A stretch of DNA of 64,000 bases from Podarcis melisellensis. Taxonomy: Eukaryota. The notes under the pieces were generated by a model. That model did no database searches. It was not told where the DNA came from and was given only the letters and a program-made list of their open reading frames with translations. Positions 63,261-64,000 of this stretch are shown here, piece after piece (position 1 is the stretch's first letter; each line of letters starts with the position of its first letter). The translations under genes were made by a program, and so were the position numbers. The DNA is taken from the NCBI GenBank assembly GCA_964234715.1, contig OZ174280.1. One strand, 5' to 3'.

Positions 63261-64000
63261 ATACTTTGTACACAGTGGCTATTTAGACAATCAATGTGAC
63301 TAGTATACAACTGGAGCTATTAACACTTATCATTGGTAGTAATATGATGCCACAACTGGTGAAAAAAGGAGCAGGGTGGGGGGAAAGCTACAGACTAGCT
63401 GTATAGTTGAAGCCAGGCAGTTTTCATCTTCATTAAATTGCTATCCTGCCCTTCCTTCCGAAAGAGCTTAAGGCTTGCTGAACTAAAAAGATATAATCAT
63501 ATTAAAACCATAGCCACTGACTAAAATTCTGTCTCAAAGTACAAAACATAAAAACATAATGTCACTAAACAGATAAATTCCTTATTCCTGCGATGTACCA
63601 TTAGAAGCAGGTAATTGTGGTAAAATGAGATCTAGACCGGGGCGGCTAACCTCCTTTTGGCCTCAGTGTCACATTCACTCTTGGCTAACTGTCTGAGGGG
63701 TAAGTGCCAATGGTGGGTGTGACCACCCCACCCCCTTGCCTTTTTGCACTTGTGCAGCCAACAACCCCCCTCCCAGCTGATCTGCACAGATCATTACCAT
63801 GCCTTCTCTGCTCATCAGGTGACTGATCTGGAAACAAAGAAGTGACCAGTTTGCATCCCTCTCAGGGTGCTGGGCTTCACCCATAATCTTACATTTACTT
63901 TAATTTTTGTTTTGTGCTTGCAAATCCCTCTCCCTACCCCCAAATGACAGGGATTTGCAGGGGCAGAAAAAAATCACTGGGGGTTAGATTAGGCCCTCAA

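Overview
Eukaryotic (vertebrate) genomic DNA, almost certainly a squamate and most likely a lacertid lizard (Sauria SINE, Squam3-type SINE, Bov-B, CR1, L2 and Penelope repeat landscape). The whole window lies inside one minus-strand gene, XPR1 (SPX-EXS phosphate exporter / xenotropic-polytropic gammaretrovirus receptor). Thirteen coding exons (3-15 in the human numbering) were mapped with GT-AG boundaries and a continuous frame (1958 nt including the stop). Exons 1-2 were not found and probably lie beyond 64 kb. The rest is intron filled with transposable elements, many with readable target-site duplications. The most striking accessory feature is in intron 2: a very young Penelope-like retroelement (RT plus GIY-YIG ORF) with an inverted 3' copy and an adjacent palindromic array of pseudo-LTR fragments, each carrying a minimal hammerhead ribozyme. 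Two further copies of an unrelated ~130-bp hammerhead mini-retroelement also lie in intron 2. In total there are six intact hammerhead cores, three of them in the sense of the XPR1 pre-mRNA. Two N-gaps are present (47915-48076, 50385-50532). Most short ORFs in the supplied track are spurious. Repeat family names are from recalled consensus features, not from database searches.
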